A model generated the notes under the pieces. The model had not been told where the DNA came from, ran no database searches, and was given only the letters and a program-made list of their open reading frames with translations. The position numbers were made by a program, and so were the translations under genes. Below are positions 61,493-64,000 of a DNA stretch of 64,000 nt, piece after piece. Source of the stretch: Selaginella moellendorffii (lineage: Eukaryota > Plantae > Lycopodiophyta); NCBI RefSeq assembly GCF_000143415.4, contig NW_003314324.1, positions 1,067,379 to 1,131,378 on the forward strand. The letters run 5' to 3'. Numbering within the stretch: position 1 is the first letter of the stretch; every line of letters starts with the position of its first letter.

Positions 61493-62790
61493 TGTAGTGC
61501 ATGTGGTTTTTACCCTTTATCCTATGGTGATTTACCATAGGATAACACCACAAAGCAGAACCTAAACCCTCTTTGTGCCACATGATAGATGCCACGTGTC
61601 ACATGCCATGTGTCCAAAGGACAGTGGTGTGGAACCCGAGGTTCAGGGCCTTGGGCCACTGAACGAAGGAACGGTGCCAACCTCCCAAGCATGGAGCCAA
61701 GGAGTGATGGAACTGAACCATGGAGCAACTCCCGAGCATATAGCCCAAGGAGCGAAGGGACAGGAGCCCGAAGTGACTTGGAACAGTCCTGGAGCAATCA
61801 GCATCCTAATGCTAGGACCAGCACGCAAAACGAAGCCAAATGGAGTCTGGCGCTATTTCGGCATACTGGTGGCCTAACATGAGGACATGGGTACTCCACC
61901 AACTAGCATGGAATGGAATTTGAACTTAGACCCAAGCCGAATGCAAAACAAGGACAGGCACGCAAGCGGGAACTAAACTATGCCTCAGGTTGGTCGGCCA
62001 TGCCCGACCTACCCACTATCCCTACTATACATATCCCTACTATNNNNNNNNNNNNNNNNNNNNNNNNNNNNNNNNNNNNNNNNNNNNNNNNNNNNNNNNN
62101 NNNNNNNNNNNNNNNNNNNNNNNNNNNNNNNNNNNNNNNNNNNCCCCCCCCCCCCCCCCCCCCCCCCCCTGGGGAACACATGCTTTGGGCTTTCACCCCA
62201 AGCCTCCTTTAGTATCAGGAGTTAGTCTTTGGGACAAGCTTGAAACTTACTAAATATGGAATGTCCCTAGATTGTGAATTTGGACACGGGATGAACACCA
62301 TTGTGTTCAGGCCGATCTTTACATTCTGTAGATATGTCAAATGAACAAATCTGGACACTTTCCATAAATAGTATTTGGGACTGAAATGAGACTAACACAA
62401 AGGGCATGATAGCGAGGGTGTTTGGCCAACATGGTAAGCTATCATCCAGCGATATTGAGGGACTAATCTCAATACGCGAGGGTTTTTGTCATTAGCCAGT
62501 GCAAGACAAAATGAGACAGGAACTTCTTACCAGACTAAGTATGCTTAGCTAATAACACGTAGGAATTCCGTCCTTATGCTCGTCTGGTCTAAGTACACTC
62601 AAAATGCTCAGTTAACTCCACTAGCACAAAAGGGACTGATAAAGGGACCAGCAATACTGACCTCCTGCCGTCATGGCAGTAAGGTAAGAGTGTCCGTAAG
62701 GACTGGTTGACAGGTAACTTTTGATACCCGAAGTCACATGCACGACAGTGTTGGACCACCGATGTGACCAAGGTGAATAAGTATGGCCTT
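61493..62790 (+). mobile_element. LTR-like repeat family A, least degraded copy (contains the gap)
   Basis: TGTAGTG start; similar to the three other copies. Confidence 0.75.
62044..62143. other. Assembly gap (100 N) next to a poly-C run
   Basis: Directly visible. Confidence 1.
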
Positions 62791-64000
62791 AGCATAACAG
62801 GTTGGTATGTTAGTAGTTTTAGATATCAGTCATAGGATTGGACATGTGAAGCATTTGGACCAAGTGCCAAGGTTGAGTGGTATGGATGCCATTCTCGAGG
62901 CTAGTAAGTTCTAGGTCTAGAGTAGGACTTATGAAGGTTGTGAGTGAGACTCCTCCAAGTGGTTAAAGGTATAATTAAATCACTAAAGTAGAATGGAAAA
63001 TTTAGTCACTTACACTTGAGTTCATATCAAACTCCATCTTAAACTCCACTTTAGATTCCTTTTCTAACTCCATTGTGGACCCTTTCTTGGACTCATTCTT
63101 GACACTTCCATATGTCATGACACTTGCCATGTGTTAATTCTTCTTGTGTCACTTTTTGAGAGATTAATTCACTGATTATTTTATGCTAATTCCTCGAGCA
63201 CTTTGTTTGGAGTTCCACTTCCACTCTCGACTTTTCAAGTCGGAGCCTTTGGTCCAAACATGTTACGCTTTTTGGACTTTTGCTTCGATCCTACCATGTG
63301 ATACCCTTTTTACTCACTTTGGAGTTGAGGGATTTGTGTCTCACAACTCCACCACCTATAAATGAAGTCTGATATTTTCATCGAACAAAAAACCATTTTA
63401 TAAAGTAATACTAACATGTATTACCCTTTTCATCCTTAGTACTAAGCTAATATTCATTGATGGTTTGACACCAAAGGCTCACTATGCCTTTCCTATTCTC
63501 TAAGGAGTATAGTCTCTTCAACTTAAAGACTTATTCGACCACTTATAGTGGTTCTCTTCCTTTATTGGTTTAGTCCTTGCTAAACCCATTAAAGACACAT
63601 ATCTCAATCCCATTACTCATTTTCGAGTAGTCTTAGCTTCTATCAATATAACTATTGCATTTTAAAACTTTTATTTTGACTTCTCAAGTCAGTTTCTTAG
63701 GTGTTTCCAACATTTTACATTGCACATATGGTGCAAACTCCATTTCCCCATCTTAGGAAGTTCTTTACTTGAAGGCACCATTATCCTCTCTTCTATTTCA
63801 TACCATACTATATATCCATAATTTATGCTATGGTTATCCATAATTCTATTATTTGATTAACTTGCTGTCTTGGAGCTTTCATTTTCGCTAAATTAAGAAT
63901 CCATCCTTAGAAATATATTTCCTTTCCCATAATTCATTAGCATTAAACACATGAGTGTTCCTCACCTAACTTTGCCATTTAGATTGTTTCCAATGATTTC

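Overview
Gene-dense plant nuclear DNA with very short GT-AG introns (about 42-90 nt). The style fits a compact lycophyte genome such as Selaginella, but that is inferred and not verified. Positions 1-50 kb hold about 20 mostly conserved genes: BET3, TFIP11/STIPL, ACBP4-type, VAP, ATG8, SKA3, hnRNP F/H-like, DRB2-like, U1-C, PBS1/PBL kinase, SWC2, ZML, HAD hydrolase, RNR1, polyol transporter and CYP74. Positions 50-56 kb are a scrambled, decaying duplication of RNR1 and polyol transporter pieces plus a PAO fragment. Positions 56-64 kb are a nest of retroelement relics, including a structurally complete Cassandra-type TRIM. The standout is missed by the ORF track: a 16-exon minus-strand gene at 3642-5458 encoding a predicted secreted 318-aa protein. 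All 14 of its internal exons are tiny (15-84 nt), multiples of 3 and flanked by phase-1 introns, and part of it was built by tandem exon+intron duplication, like a micro-exon gene. Second is a trio of lineage-specific genes at 16.4-23.4 kb that share an intron-phase pattern but split HARE-HTH-like and WRC domains between them. All gene models were spliced by eye and are unverified.
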